A stretch of 64,000 bases of DNA, taken from Alphaproteobacteria bacterium. GTDB lineage: Bacteria > Pseudomonadota > Alphaproteobacteria > Rs-D84 > CACZYB01. Both the position numbers and the translations under genes were made by a program. The notes below the pieces were generated by a model. The model did not search any database, had not been told where the DNA came from, and saw nothing but the letters and a program-made list of their open reading frames with translations. Of this stretch, positions 18,996-29,631 are shown piece by piece (within the stretch, counting starts at the first letter, position 1; every line of letters begins with the position of its first letter). The stretch spans positions 60,963 to 124,962 of the forward strand of contig WQWV01000001.1 in the NCBI GenBank assembly GCA_009785175.1, given 5' to 3'.

Positions 18996-19163
18996 TGCAG
19001 CGCTCCTCGCAACCGGCTATGAACCATTTTTGGAAAAACGGCCTGAATATTTCCGGCCCGGCCTTGAAACAAAACAGTGCGGTCATCGCGGTCGCAAGCT
19101 GACCCCAATAGCGTAAAAATCCGTATCGTAAGTAGAAACCTGATAGTGTTCTAGGCATTTTCA

Positions 19164-19709
19164 TCATAGTTTATTTATGAATTTGAACACAGGGGTAATC
19201 CACCCCTGCCGCGGCGACAACTGTCCCGATTCTTTGAGTTTGATTATGTCGGTATAGGAAAGCCACGCTACGCCGTCGACCTCGGCATCGTTGAAACAAA
19301 GGTTCTTTATGTCGATGTTTTTCACAATTACGAAAAGATCGTACCAGTGCTTTTCCACCTTGTCCCCGGGCATGATGTCTTCGCGGAAAGAGGTAAGGAA
19401 ACGGAAGTCCTTGGCTTGTATTTTACGCTCGATTTGAAATCCGATTTCCTCGTTCATCTCGCGCATGACGGTTGTGATCGAATCCTCGCCGGCGGATACA
19501 TGCGCGGCAAGCGATATGTCCCAGACGCCGGGAAACACACGCTTGGACGCGCTCCTACGCTGCATGAGTATCTTGTTTTCGGAGTTGACTATCGCCACTA
19601 CCCCCCCCCGGTGCAAAAGGCCTTTTTCATGCGCCTCGTCGCGCGAAACTATGCGACCGTCCGGAACACCGTAGTCGTCCAAAACCTCGATCATTTCAGA
19701 TTCATACAT
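19164..19709 (-). CDS. Nudix hydrolase
   Basis: Nudix box AGEDSITTVMREMNEEIGF. Contains a G9 tract (plus-strand C9 at 19601-19609) encoding RGGV. Confidence 0.8.
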   Translation of the reverse strand: MYESEMIEVLDDYGVPDGRIVSRDEAHEKGLLHRGGVVAIVNSENKILMQRRSASKRVFPGVWDISLAAHVSAGEDSITTVMREMNEEIGFQIERKIQAKDFRFLTSFREDIMPGDKVEKHWYDLFVIVKNIDIKNLCFNDAEVDGVAWLSYTDIIKLKESGQLSPRQGWITPVFKFINKL

Positions 19710-20058
19710 CTTCTTCGCCTACCTCTTCATAAAGGAGTTTTTCGATCCGCGCGGCCGTCGCCTGCGACGTGTCGGCTTTGAACCGCAATTCCGGCGTCGA
19801 GCGCATTTTCATTTTGTTAGCAAGCTCGTATCGTATAGTTTTAGCCGCCACATTCAAAGCCGCTACAACCTCGTTCACATGCGATTCCACAAGCGTCGAA
19901 ACGAACACCACGGCGTGTTCATAGCCGCGCGAAGGCCGCACCTCGTTGATCGAAAACATCCTCCCGCCGACGACGATCCCCTCGAAAAATCCCTCGCCTT
20001 GTAATCCGGCCAAAGCTCGTTTCATCGATTCGCCTATCTGAAGATGTCGCATATTCAT
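19702..20058 (-). CDS. rbfA: ribosome-binding factor A
   Basis: 118 aa; PELRFKADTS C-terminal motif. Confidence 0.75.
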   Translation of the reverse strand: MNMRHLQIGESMKRALAGLQGEGFFEGIVVGGRMFSINEVRPSRGYEHAVVFVSTLVESHVNEVVAALNVAAKTIRYELANKMKMRSTPELRFKADTSQATAARIEKLLYEEVGEEDV

Positions 20059-20066
20059 ACCGACCC

Positions 20067-20606
20067 CTAGTCCATATTTTTCAAAACGTCGTAAAGCGAG
20101 ATTTTCTTCGACGCACCGGCGTTAAGCTCGACTACATAACGCGTAAGATGCCCGTCCGACTCATACCCGGCGACGCATTCGTTCCAAAAATTGTCGCGCG
20201 CTTCGGCGGAAACGAAATCATGCTCTTCCAAAAGGACATGGCACGGCGACACATGGGAAAGATCGCCCGGCTGACGGTTGGGCGCGATGAAAATCACCTC
20301 GCGCTTAAAATTCAAAAATATCATATCCAAGGGGATAAGCGTGTTTTTCATCCACATCGCGAAATGATCCTCGGCACCGAAATCGAACATCATTCCGCCC
20401 CACGGGTCAAGCGCCGTGCGGTTCATAAGGCCTATGCGCCTAGTTTCCTCGGTATCCGCGACCTCAAGATTAAAGACTGCTACGGTTATGCCAAGATCGT
20501 CGACGAAGCCCATTCTCTGGGTCTTAAGCGGCGCTTGAACCTCTGGCACAGAGGCTACCGCGGAAAACGCGAAAAGCAAAACGGCTAAAGCGAGAATCTT
20601 TCTCAT
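20067..20606 (-). CDS. DUF192 (COG1430) exported protein
   Basis: Signal peptide; GMMFDF...MWMKNTLIPLDMIF motif. Confidence 0.7.
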   Translation of the reverse strand: MRKILALAVLLFAFSAVASVPEVQAPLKTQRMGFVDDLGITVAVFNLEVADTEETRRIGLMNRTALDPWGGMMFDFGAEDHFAMWMKNTLIPLDMIFLNFKREVIFIAPNRQPGDLSHVSPCHVLLEEHDFVSAEARDNFWNECVAGYESDGHLTRYVVELNAGASKKISLYDVLKNMD

Positions 20607-20755
20607 ATTTTCTTCTTCCCTCGGGTCTTCCGATTTTTGGACTTCTTCTTAACATCGTTGACTATCGACTTTTTATCGCAAGGAAGCTTGTCATGATTTT
20701 CCACCATCGCTCCAAAAGCCAGCATGACTGCCAGGGCGGCAAGGACTTTCCTCAT
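20603..20755 (-). CDS. small exported protein (~50 aa), Lys-rich C-terminus
   Basis: MRKVLAALAVMLAFGAMV signal-like segment. Weak support. Confidence 0.3.
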   Translation of the reverse strand: MRKVLAALAVMLAFGAMVENHDKLPCDKKSIVNDVKKKSKNRKTRGKKKI

Positions 20756-20801
20756 GAACGTAATCCCCATACGGCCATTATATAGCGGCTGCGGAAAATA
20801 A

Positions 20802-21674
20802 TCAATAAACAATCGATACGTCTTGCCGGCTAACGATTTTGAAACCCGAGAAAGAATCAATCAACTCAAGCGTCGTCTCTTCTTGTGAACGCAAGGCGTA
20901 TTCGATTTTTTTATCATGAAGGCGGGCGTCGATGTTGTCGCCGGCGCGGCTCATGGCCTGTGCGCGCGAGATATGCTCGGCCTCAAGCGACAGGCACAAA
21001 GCGCGGAACAGCCGGGAGTATGCATACTGCGCCATGATTTTCGCCATCGTTTCCGACGCATTCGCGCCCACATCGGGTATGGCCTTGTCCGCCCACGGCA
21101 CGGACCGTATCGAGTTGAGTTTCACATCGTCGATCGGGAATATTTTTTTCTCCATAACATGGATTCTTCCGCCCGATCGCACGTTATGCACGATAACGAT
21201 CGAGCCGCCGGATTCCGCAAGTTTGGCAACTTCGAGCGCAAGCATTATCTCTTCCGCCACTGCGGCAAGTCGCCCGACCGATTTCGGCATCTCCATGAAT
21301 TGCTTGAACTGTTGGTGATACCTAGCCCTAAGGGCCCGCCCGCAAATTATGACCTCTGCTCCGGCAACGCGTGAACCCATCGCCTCGAAGTGATGCACCA
21401 CGCCCTTGTTAAGCTTTCCGACAAGCCCGATGTCCGACCCTATAAGCACTACTTTTTTAATAACAGAATCGGGCGCAGCCGCCACAATCCGTGGCTCCGC
21501 CTTGAATACAGCCCGCATTGCAAGCTCGAGATTCGCGGCGAATTCGTCTGCCGATAACGCTGCCTTCACGAACTTGGCCCCTGCCGCCGCAGACATGGTT
21601 TTAAGGGATGAAACCACGCTCTTCATTTTCGAAAGCGTGTTGATCTGGCGTTTTACTTGGCTAAGGTTTGGCAT
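20802..21674 (-). CDS. atpG: N-ATPase gamma subunit
   Basis: F1-gamma fold signatures; last gene of the atpDCQRBEFAG order. Confidence 0.8.
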   Translation of the reverse strand: MPNLSQVKRQINTLSKMKSVVSSLKTMSAAAGAKFVKAALSADEFAANLELAMRAVFKAEPRIVAAAPDSVIKKVVLIGSDIGLVGKLNKGVVHHFEAMGSRVAGAEVIICGRALRARYHQQFKQFMEMPKSVGRLAAVAEEIMLALEVAKLAESGGSIVIVHNVRSGGRIHVMEKKIFPIDDVKLNSIRSVPWADKAIPDVGANASETMAKIMAQYAYSRLFRALCLSLEAEHISRAQAMSRAGDNIDARLHDKKIEYALRSQEETTLELIDSFSGFKIVSRQDVSIVY

Positions 21675-23091
21675 TCCTCATCACCTTCTTAAGCTGCTCC
21701 ATCTCGGGGTTGGAAAGCGCCACGCCGGACGCTATTTTTTTCCACAACGCGGATGCGGATTTCTTAACCGCCGCCACGATCTTGGCGGCGAACGGCAATA
21801 CCTTTTCGATCTTGATCCTGTCGAACAATCCCGCCTCGAGCGCCACAAGCATTACGGCCAAAGCCGCGCCCTCCACCGGCTCGCCATAGTTCTGTTTCAA
21901 TAATTCTCGCGTAGCCCGCCCGCGCGCCAGTATCTGTTCCGATTTCTCGTCAAGCTCGGAACCGAATTTGGTGAAATCCTCCAAATCCAAAAACGAGGCA
22001 TAGGCGGATTTCATATTGCCCGCGGCCTTAGCGAGAGTTTTTATCTGCGCCTTGGAACCGATGCGCGAAACGCTCAAACCCGCATCGATCGCCGGCAGCT
22101 GTCCCTTCGAGAACAAGGCCGACGATAGGACAATCTGTCCATCGGTGATTGAAATAACATTAGTCGGAATATACGAGGCAAGGTTTCCGGCCTGCGTTTC
22201 AATGATCGGCATAGCGGTTATAGAACCCCCGCTTTTGAAATTTCCGGCCCGCTCCAACAAACGCGAATGCGCCCAGAATATGTCGCCCGGATAGGCCTCT
22301 CGTCCCGGCGCGCGCTCAAGCGAAAGCGAAATCTGGCGATACGCGTTTGCGTGCAAGGTTAAGTTGTCATAGACTATTAAAACGTCTTTGCCCTGCCCTG
22401 CGAAATATTCGGCTATAGCGGTTGCGGTATATGGGGCGACATACGCCTCCGCCGCGCTTTTCTCGCTTGCCGCCGCCACTATTACTACGTTATCCAAAGC
22501 CTTGGCGGATGCCAAACGCCCGCGTATCCGCTGCACCTCGCTCATCTTCGCGCCAATCAAGCATAGCACCGAGATCACGCCGTTGTCCCGGTTGGCAATC
22601 ACCGCATCGATCGCGATTGTGGTCTTGCCGGATTGCCGATCTCCGATGACAAGCTCGCGCTGTCCGCGCCCGATCGGAATCATGGCGTCGATTATTTTTG
22701 TGCCTGTGCTAAGCGGGACGTTGACCGGCCTACGACTGATGATAGGCGGGGCCTCGCGCTCTATCGGCATGCGGAGTTTGGACGGTATTTTGCCCTCGTC
22801 GTCGATGGGCATTCCAAGCGCATCGACCACACGGCCAAGGAGTTTATCGCCGACCGGCACGCTCATCTGGACGTTAAGCCTTACGATTTTATCGCCCGCC
22901 GCGACAAGCGATTCGTCGCCGAAAAGCGCGATTTGCACGGCGGCCGCGGTGATCCGCATCACCATTCCCTCAACCGCTCCTACACGCACCATCTCGCCAA
23001 GCCCTACGCGGGAAAGGCCGGATGCCACCACGATTCCGCCCGCCACCGACACTGTGCGCCCGACTTCGCGGGCTATTACAAGCCTAGTCAT
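21661..23091 (-). CDS. atpA: N-ATPase alpha subunit
   Basis: GDRQSGKTTIAIDAVI Walker A, characteristic of alpha subunits. Confidence 0.9.
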   Translation of the reverse strand: MTRLVIAREVGRTVSVAGGIVVASGLSRVGLGEMVRVGAVEGMVMRITAAAVQIALFGDESLVAAGDKIVRLNVQMSVPVGDKLLGRVVDALGMPIDDEGKIPSKLRMPIEREAPPIISRRPVNVPLSTGTKIIDAMIPIGRGQRELVIGDRQSGKTTIAIDAVIANRDNGVISVLCLIGAKMSEVQRIRGRLASAKALDNVVIVAAASEKSAAEAYVAPYTATAIAEYFAGQGKDVLIVYDNLTLHANAYRQISLSLERAPGREAYPGDIFWAHSRLLERAGNFKSGGSITAMPIIETQAGNLASYIPTNVISITDGQIVLSSALFSKGQLPAIDAGLSVSRIGSKAQIKTLAKAAGNMKSAYASFLDLEDFTKFGSELDEKSEQILARGRATRELLKQNYGEPVEGAALAVMLVALEAGLFDRIKIEKVLPFAAKIVAAVKKSASALWKKIASGVALSNPEMEQLKKVMRNAKP

Positions 23092-23827
23092 TTTTCACCC
23101 TCGCTATGAATTCCTCGATAAAATTTTCAATGGAAAATGATAGTTCCAGATCGCCGCATGAAATCAATATCCCGATCGGCATTTGAAGCACCCGTTCGAA
23201 TTTAACCTTCGCCTTCTCTTTCAATGCAACATCGAACGCCGCTGCGATTTCCCGACGCATATCGGCCGCGATAATAAACGGCGCCTTGACCAAGACCGAC
23301 CGCTCGGCCGCATAGAATTTCCTAAGTTGCGCCAACCCTTCCATCTTCCCGGTTTTTAGCATTTCGACAAGGCGCAGGCATATAACCTCCTCCATCGGGC
23401 GCGAGGTTATGAACTCGACCGCCCCGCGAAGCGTCGCCGCCAAATCTTCGCCCGCCGCCGCCTCAAGCCGTCCCAAAAACTTGGCGCGCTCCGATTTAAG
23501 AAGACGTTCGAACGCCGCCTGCCGAGATTCGATGTCGGATTTGAAAGCAAGCGTTTCCTCCTCGCGTATACGCGCGATCTCGGCCATGCCATCTTCTCTC
23601 TCGCGGGCAAGCTCGGCTTCCATCCGCTCGCGCTCCATGTCGAAATTCTTGCGCTCGTTTTCAAGCTCGCCGCGGGCAAGCTCTGCGGCTACCAGTTCGC
23701 GCTCAAGGCGACGCTTGCGCTCGCTCATATTCTTCATCACGGGGGTAAATACCCACCGGCGTAAAACCCAAAGGCTGATAAGGAAATTTATCGCCTGAAG
23801 TATTACCGTGATGAAATCTATGCTCAT
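23084..23827 (-). CDS. atpF: N-ATPase b subunit (long form; no delta gene present)
   Basis: N-terminal TM helix, then an extended charged coiled coil and a C-terminal globular part. 247 aa. Confidence 0.65.
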   Translation of the reverse strand: MSIDFITVILQAINFLISLWVLRRWVFTPVMKNMSERKRRLERELVAAELARGELENERKNFDMERERMEAELAREREDGMAEIARIREEETLAFKSDIESRQAAFERLLKSERAKFLGRLEAAAGEDLAATLRGAVEFITSRPMEEVICLRLVEMLKTGKMEGLAQLRKFYAAERSVLVKAPFIIAADMRREIAAAFDVALKEKAKVKFERVLQMPIGILISCGDLELSFSIENFIEEFIARVKND

Positions 23828-23837
23828 GCGCCGCGCC

Positions 23838-24128
23838 CTATGCCCCTGCGCCCGCCGCGGTCAAAGCCGCGCTCCAGAACGGATTGGCGAACAATAAAAT
23901 CATCGCGATAAGCAAGCAATAGATAGCCACAGTTTCAAGCATCGCGATCGATACGAAAAGCGTCGAGCGTATGTTGTCTGCCTCGTCTGGCTGCTGGGTC
24001 ATCGAGGCAAGCGCCTGTTTGACCGCCATTCCTTCGGCGACTTCGACGGCGATGCCTCCGATCGCGATTGTAAATCCTGCGGTGGCGATCGATACCACGG
24101 CGATTGATGTCGAGCTAGGGTCTAGCAT
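23838..24128 (-). CDS. atpE: N-ATPase c subunit with a complete putative Na+-binding ligand set
   Basis: Start taken at MLDPSS. Helix 1 has Q (VKQALASM), helix 2 has ETxxxY (AMLETVAIYCLL). Confidence 0.75.
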   Translation of the reverse strand: MLDPSSTSIAVVSIATAGFTIAIGGIAVEVAEGMAVKQALASMTQQPDEADNIRSTLFVSIAMLETVAIYCLLIAMILLFANPFWSAALTAAGAGA

Positions 24129-24825
24129 TTTTTCCTCCTTGTTTTTGTGAATTGTTATGACTGTGTGAAACGCGGGACTTCTTGGCTTCCACCCCGGTCG
24201 TGATGTAAACCGTGGCAAGCACCATGAAAATAAACGGCTGTATCGTCCCCGCGATCAACCCGAAAAGGTTCATAAGCGCGGGAAAGAAGAAAGGAGCAAG
24301 CACTATCATAAGGCCGACCATGAACGCTCCGCTCATGATGTTGCCGTAAAGCCTCATTGCGAGCGAGAAGAATTTCAAAATCTCGGATAACACGTTGAAC
24401 GGGACAAGTATGGCGCTGGGCTCGATAAACCGCCGGAAATATCCGCGCACTCCGACCTCTCGCACGGCTATATAGATTCCGTATATGAAAGTAAGGATCG
24501 CCAACGCCGCACATGTCGATATCGACGCCGTCGCCGGATCGACGAACGGGATTAATACAAGCCAGTTGTTGGCGAATATGAATATGAAAAGCGCGCCCAC
24601 GAATGTCATGACCTGCATATCTTCGCGCCCCGAAACCGCCGCCACCTGCCCGCGGATAAATTCTACCACCACCTCGACCAGCATGCTGCGGCGATAAAAA
24701 ATCAGAAGCGGCAAAGCGATAAGCATAGCCGCCCATGTATAGACGACCGTCGCGGTGATACCAACCTCGCCGACCGAGAAGACAAGAAGCTCATCTGGAC
24801 TTAAACGCATACACCCTTCCCGCAA
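24115..24825 (-). CDS. atpB: N-ATPase a subunit
   Basis: Conserved LAMRLYGNIMSG arginine motif; 5-6 TM helices. Confidence 0.85.
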   Translation of the reverse strand: MREGCMRLSPDELLVFSVGEVGITATVVYTWAAMLIALPLLIFYRRSMLVEVVVEFIRGQVAAVSGREDMQVMTFVGALFIFIFANNWLVLIPFVDPATASISTCAALAILTFIYGIYIAVREVGVRGYFRRFIEPSAILVPFNVLSEILKFFSLAMRLYGNIMSGAFMVGLMIVLAPFFFPALMNLFGLIAGTIQPFIFMVLATVYITTGVEAKKSRVSHSHNNSQKQGGKNARP

Positions 24826-25051
24826 AAATTCCGATTACACATGCGAACAGAAGCGACGGCACCCGCCCGAAAAGTATCGCCATTCCCGCCAACCAAACGC
24901 TTGCTACAATAAGCCTCAGGGCCAAAAACTGCTTAAAAGGCCCGGGTTTTTTGCTTTTAAGCGTGCGCTCCAACGATTTTTTCAACCATGTGAAATACCA
25001 ATACGACGAGAAGAATCCCACGCCCAACGCGATTAAAATTGCGACTATCAT
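24791..25051 (-). CDS. atpR: N-ATPase-specific small membrane protein AtpR
   Basis: 86 aa from MIVAILIALG; two to three TM helices with intramembrane Arg (LALRLIV, FAGRVY). Overlaps the atpQ stop by 4 nt. Confidence 0.6.
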   Translation of the reverse strand: MIVAILIALGVGFFSSYWYFTWLKKSLERTLKSKKPGPFKQFLALRLIVASVWLAGMAILFGRVPSLLFACVIGIFAGRVYAFKSR

Positions 25052-25309
25052 TGCTTGATCTCCCTTTTGATGAAACGGTATGTGTTGTAAAGCCCGAAAA
25101 GGATTCCGCCCAAAATAAAGCATAGCGTGGTCCACCTGTCCCCGAACAATGTTCCTATATAGGTAAACAATGCCACCGGCGCCGCCACACCCCATCCGAC
25201 AAGACCGAACAACGATGCGGCGCGCCACACCCCGCTTCCGATCGGTTCGCCGCGCGCGGCAAGCCGGCGTTCTATTTCACGCTCGATTTTATCCTCGAAT
25301 TTTTTGTTA

Positions 25310-25317
<8 letters not shown>
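25048..25317 (-). CDS. atpQ: N-ATPase-specific small membrane protein AtpQ (AtpI/AtpZ-like)
   Basis: 89 aa, two TM helices. Located between atpC and atpR. Confidence 0.6.
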
Positions 25318-27144
<1,827 letters not shown>

Positions 27145-27152
27145 TTATCGGG

Positions 27153-28120
27153 CTATCTTAAGATAAACGTTTCCCCTTCATCGGCGATTTTTTCACCATC
27201 ATGATAGCATGCTTTTCTAACTCCGGTCGCACTCAATATCCGAATGACACCATGGCTAGCGAAAGTGGAGTCCTCGCATTTTATGACTTCATTTTTACGG
27301 AAATGATGGCCGGCAAGCAACCCATAGGGCATCTTATACGGCTCGGTAAACGTCCCCCATACTTCCCCTTCCTTTTTACCGAAGGTGGCGTCTTTGTTAT
27401 AACAGAGCTTTTCAACTCCGGGAATCGGGTCGCCGAAAGTCGCATTGTTGCATGTTATCGAACCGGGCCCTACTGTTTTCCAATTCGCTTTTCCATATAC
27501 TATGCCTACGACATGGTTGGGGTCGCCGCCTACTCTTACTTCCCTATGATTGCCCGCCGGAACAGGCGCAGCCACCCTCGCTTCTACATACGACGCACGC
27601 CGGGAGGACGTACCGGCGCCTTCATCTTCAACGTCTGCCAGTGCCACTCGCCGCCGCCGCGCTTGACCTTCGGCTTCTACTATCCTCAGGTTATTAAACA
27701 GCTCCTGCTCCAACTCGTTATACTTTCCCTCAAGCGCGTTAAGCCAACCTTCGATGCCGGCAAGCCTTCCCTCCAACTCCGGCGGTACGGAGGGTGTCTG
27801 CGGCATGTTCGCGATTTGCGATTTAAGCGCCGAGATTTCGGATTCAAGCGCGGTTATGCGTTGATTCGCCCCGCCGCCCTGCTGACTGGTTTCGCGGGTT
27901 CCTTGGCCATGATTGGTCTTGCGAACCTTTCTGCCGGAGTTGCCGGCCTTGGCATTCGACGTCCTCTGATTGCCGGCATTGGTTCTTCCGCCGGAATTGC
28001 CTGCCTTACGCCGCTGCTGCTGTGCGAATAAATCCTCGGCCATTAATGAAAGCAAAAGAAACGCTATAAGGAGAAGTTTACCCCCCCCCGCACAAATCGC
28101 ATATTTTTGTTGAAAAGCAT
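27153..28120 (-). CDS. phase-variable secreted coiled-coil / Cys-module protein, paralog 1 (phase OFF: frameshift at the G9 tract)
   Basis: The downstream frame (ORF track 27153..28055, TTG start) encodes ...GGGKLLLIAFLLLSLMAEDLFAQQ. The upstream ATG at 28120 (ribosome-binding site GGGAG) reads MLFNKNMRFVRGGV and stops. One extra G in the tract at 28081-28089 would fuse the two frames. Confidence 0.6.
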
Positions 28121-28147
28121 AGTATATTCTCCCCTATTCTTGCAAAT

Positions 28148-28176
28148 AGTATACCTTATTTCCTATACCTTGACAA
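28148..28176 (-). promoter_or_regulatory. sigma70-like promoter TTGTCA-17-TATACT for paralog 1
   Basis: Minus-strand -35 at 28171-28176 and -10 at 28148-28153. Same architecture as the paralog 2 promoter. Confidence 0.45.
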
Positions 28177-28182
28177 GGGAAA

Positions 28183-28707
28183 TTAAAATCTATAGAGAAG
28201 CGAGCCGGATATGAAACCGGACGGTTCCAAAATATCCCCGGAATATGTCTTTCTTCCGACTGTTGCACGAAGGACGAATCCGTTCGAGAAGCCGTAATCC
28301 ACACCGGCGAAAAGTCCCCAATAGAAATCTTCCTTCTTCTCTCCCGAGTTGAACGAGTATCCGGCCAAGCCGCCCGAAACTCCTGCGAACAGATCGAAAT
28401 TATATATCCCGCCGAAGAAGTGCATGACCGAGGCCTCGTATGCCATATATTTGAACTCGGAAATATCTCCGCCGGACGGCCGTATTTTCGAAGGTATGAA
28501 GAAGGTGAAGGCGGCGCCCCAGTTGTTGACGAAGCGGACACCTGCGTGAATTCCGTTGACCGAGGCGTCGGTGTCCATTTCCTCAATCCATTCGCCGGTG
28601 ATAGCGAACTTCTCCGCGCGCCGCTCGAAACCTATATAGTTTTCAGGAATATATGCCTTGGCATCAAGCGTAAAAAAGATCGCTAAAATAAAAATGAGGG
28701 CTTTCAT
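28183..28707 (-). CDS. small outer-membrane beta-barrel protein (OmpX/OmpW-like, 8-strand class)
   Basis: Signal peptide; alternating amphipathic strands with aromatic girdle residues; C-terminal ...LLYRF. Confidence 0.65.
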   Translation of the reverse strand: MKALIFILAIFFTLDAKAYIPENYIGFERRAEKFAITGEWIEEMDTDASVNGIHAGVRFVNNWGAAFTFFIPSKIRPSGGDISEFKYMAYEASVMHFFGGIYNFDLFAGVSGGLAGYSFNSGEKKEDFYWGLFAGVDYGFSNGFVLRATVGRKTYSGDILEPSGFISGSLLYRF

Positions 28708-29619
28708 CTATTTCTCCGTAAGCTTGAATTCTATCCTGCGATTTTTGGAAAGGGAAGCATTATCGTTGCCAACCGCGACCGGCTGGAACTCGCCGAATCC
28801 TGCGGCGGCAAGGCGGTCGGCCGGGATTCCGCGACTATGCAGATACCTGACGACTTCGCCGGCGCGCGCAGACGATAACTCCCAGTTGTCCGCGAACAGG
28901 GAGCCCGCGCGAACTGGTCGTGAATCGGTATGCCCGTCCACACGCAAAATCCAATCGGTGTCGTCGGGAATTTTCTGCATTGCTTCAATGAGTGTGGCTG
29001 CTATGCCGTCAAGCGCCGCGCGGCCCGCTTCGCCTATTTCGGCGGACTCGGGCGCAAAGAAAACCTCGGACGGCAACACGAACCTGTCGCCGCGGATCTC
29101 GAAATTCCGATTGCCCTCAAGCGCGCCCAATAAAGAGCCGAAGAAGTCGGAGCGAACCCTGTGCAACTCGGCGGTTTTATTTGCCAAAGCGCGGTTGAGC
29201 TTCTTGCCAAGCTCGACGATCTGCACCTTCTGCCACGCGATGTATTTATCGGTCGCTTCGAATACGGCGTTCAACTTCTGAAGCTCTCGCCCCAACCGCT
29301 CGACCCGATTTTTATATTCACGGTTTTGTTGCTCCAAAGTCTTGATCTCGTTTTCTTTTTTGATAATCGTGCCGTCCATTTCCGCAACCATCTGGTTCAA
29401 AGCGTCTATGCGCGAAGTATTCGCCTCGTTTTTGATCCGCTCGGCACGTTCACGGGCAAGGATATCGCTTAACTCCACCGAAGCGCCGTCTTCCTTCGCT
29501 TCCTCGGGCCGCGCGAAAACCAACGCAAGCGTGATGAAAAGCATGAACAGGAACATCGAGCTCATCAAGTCGACGAAGCTTGGCCATAAATTCTGCTCTT
29601 CTCGCGTCATTATTGTCAT
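28708..29619 (-). CDS. MotB/OmpA-family protein: N-terminal TM anchor, ~130-aa coiled coil, C-terminal OmpA-like peptidoglycan-binding domain
   Basis: MotB-like N-terminus (WPSFVDLMSSMFLFMLF). OmpA_C motifs TDSRPV...NWELSSARA...NRRIEF. Confidence 0.75.
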   Translation of the reverse strand: MTIMTREEQNLWPSFVDLMSSMFLFMLFITLALVFARPEEAKEDGASVELSDILARERAERIKNEANTSRIDALNQMVAEMDGTIIKKENEIKTLEQQNREYKNRVERLGRELQKLNAVFEATDKYIAWQKVQIVELGKKLNRALANKTAELHRVRSDFFGSLLGALEGNRNFEIRGDRFVLPSEVFFAPESAEIGEAGRAALDGIAATLIEAMQKIPDDTDWILRVDGHTDSRPVRAGSLFADNWELSSARAGEVVRYLHSRGIPADRLAAAGFGEFQPVAVGNDNASLSKNRRIEFKLTEK

Positions 29620-29631
29620 CGCGCCGATTTC

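Noticed and set aside
27201-28031. 276-aa plus-strand ORF antisense to the phase-variable paralog 1, and 29716..30819 antisense to the MotA-like gene
   Set aside because: No ribosome-binding site, no domains, and complementary to well-supported genes.
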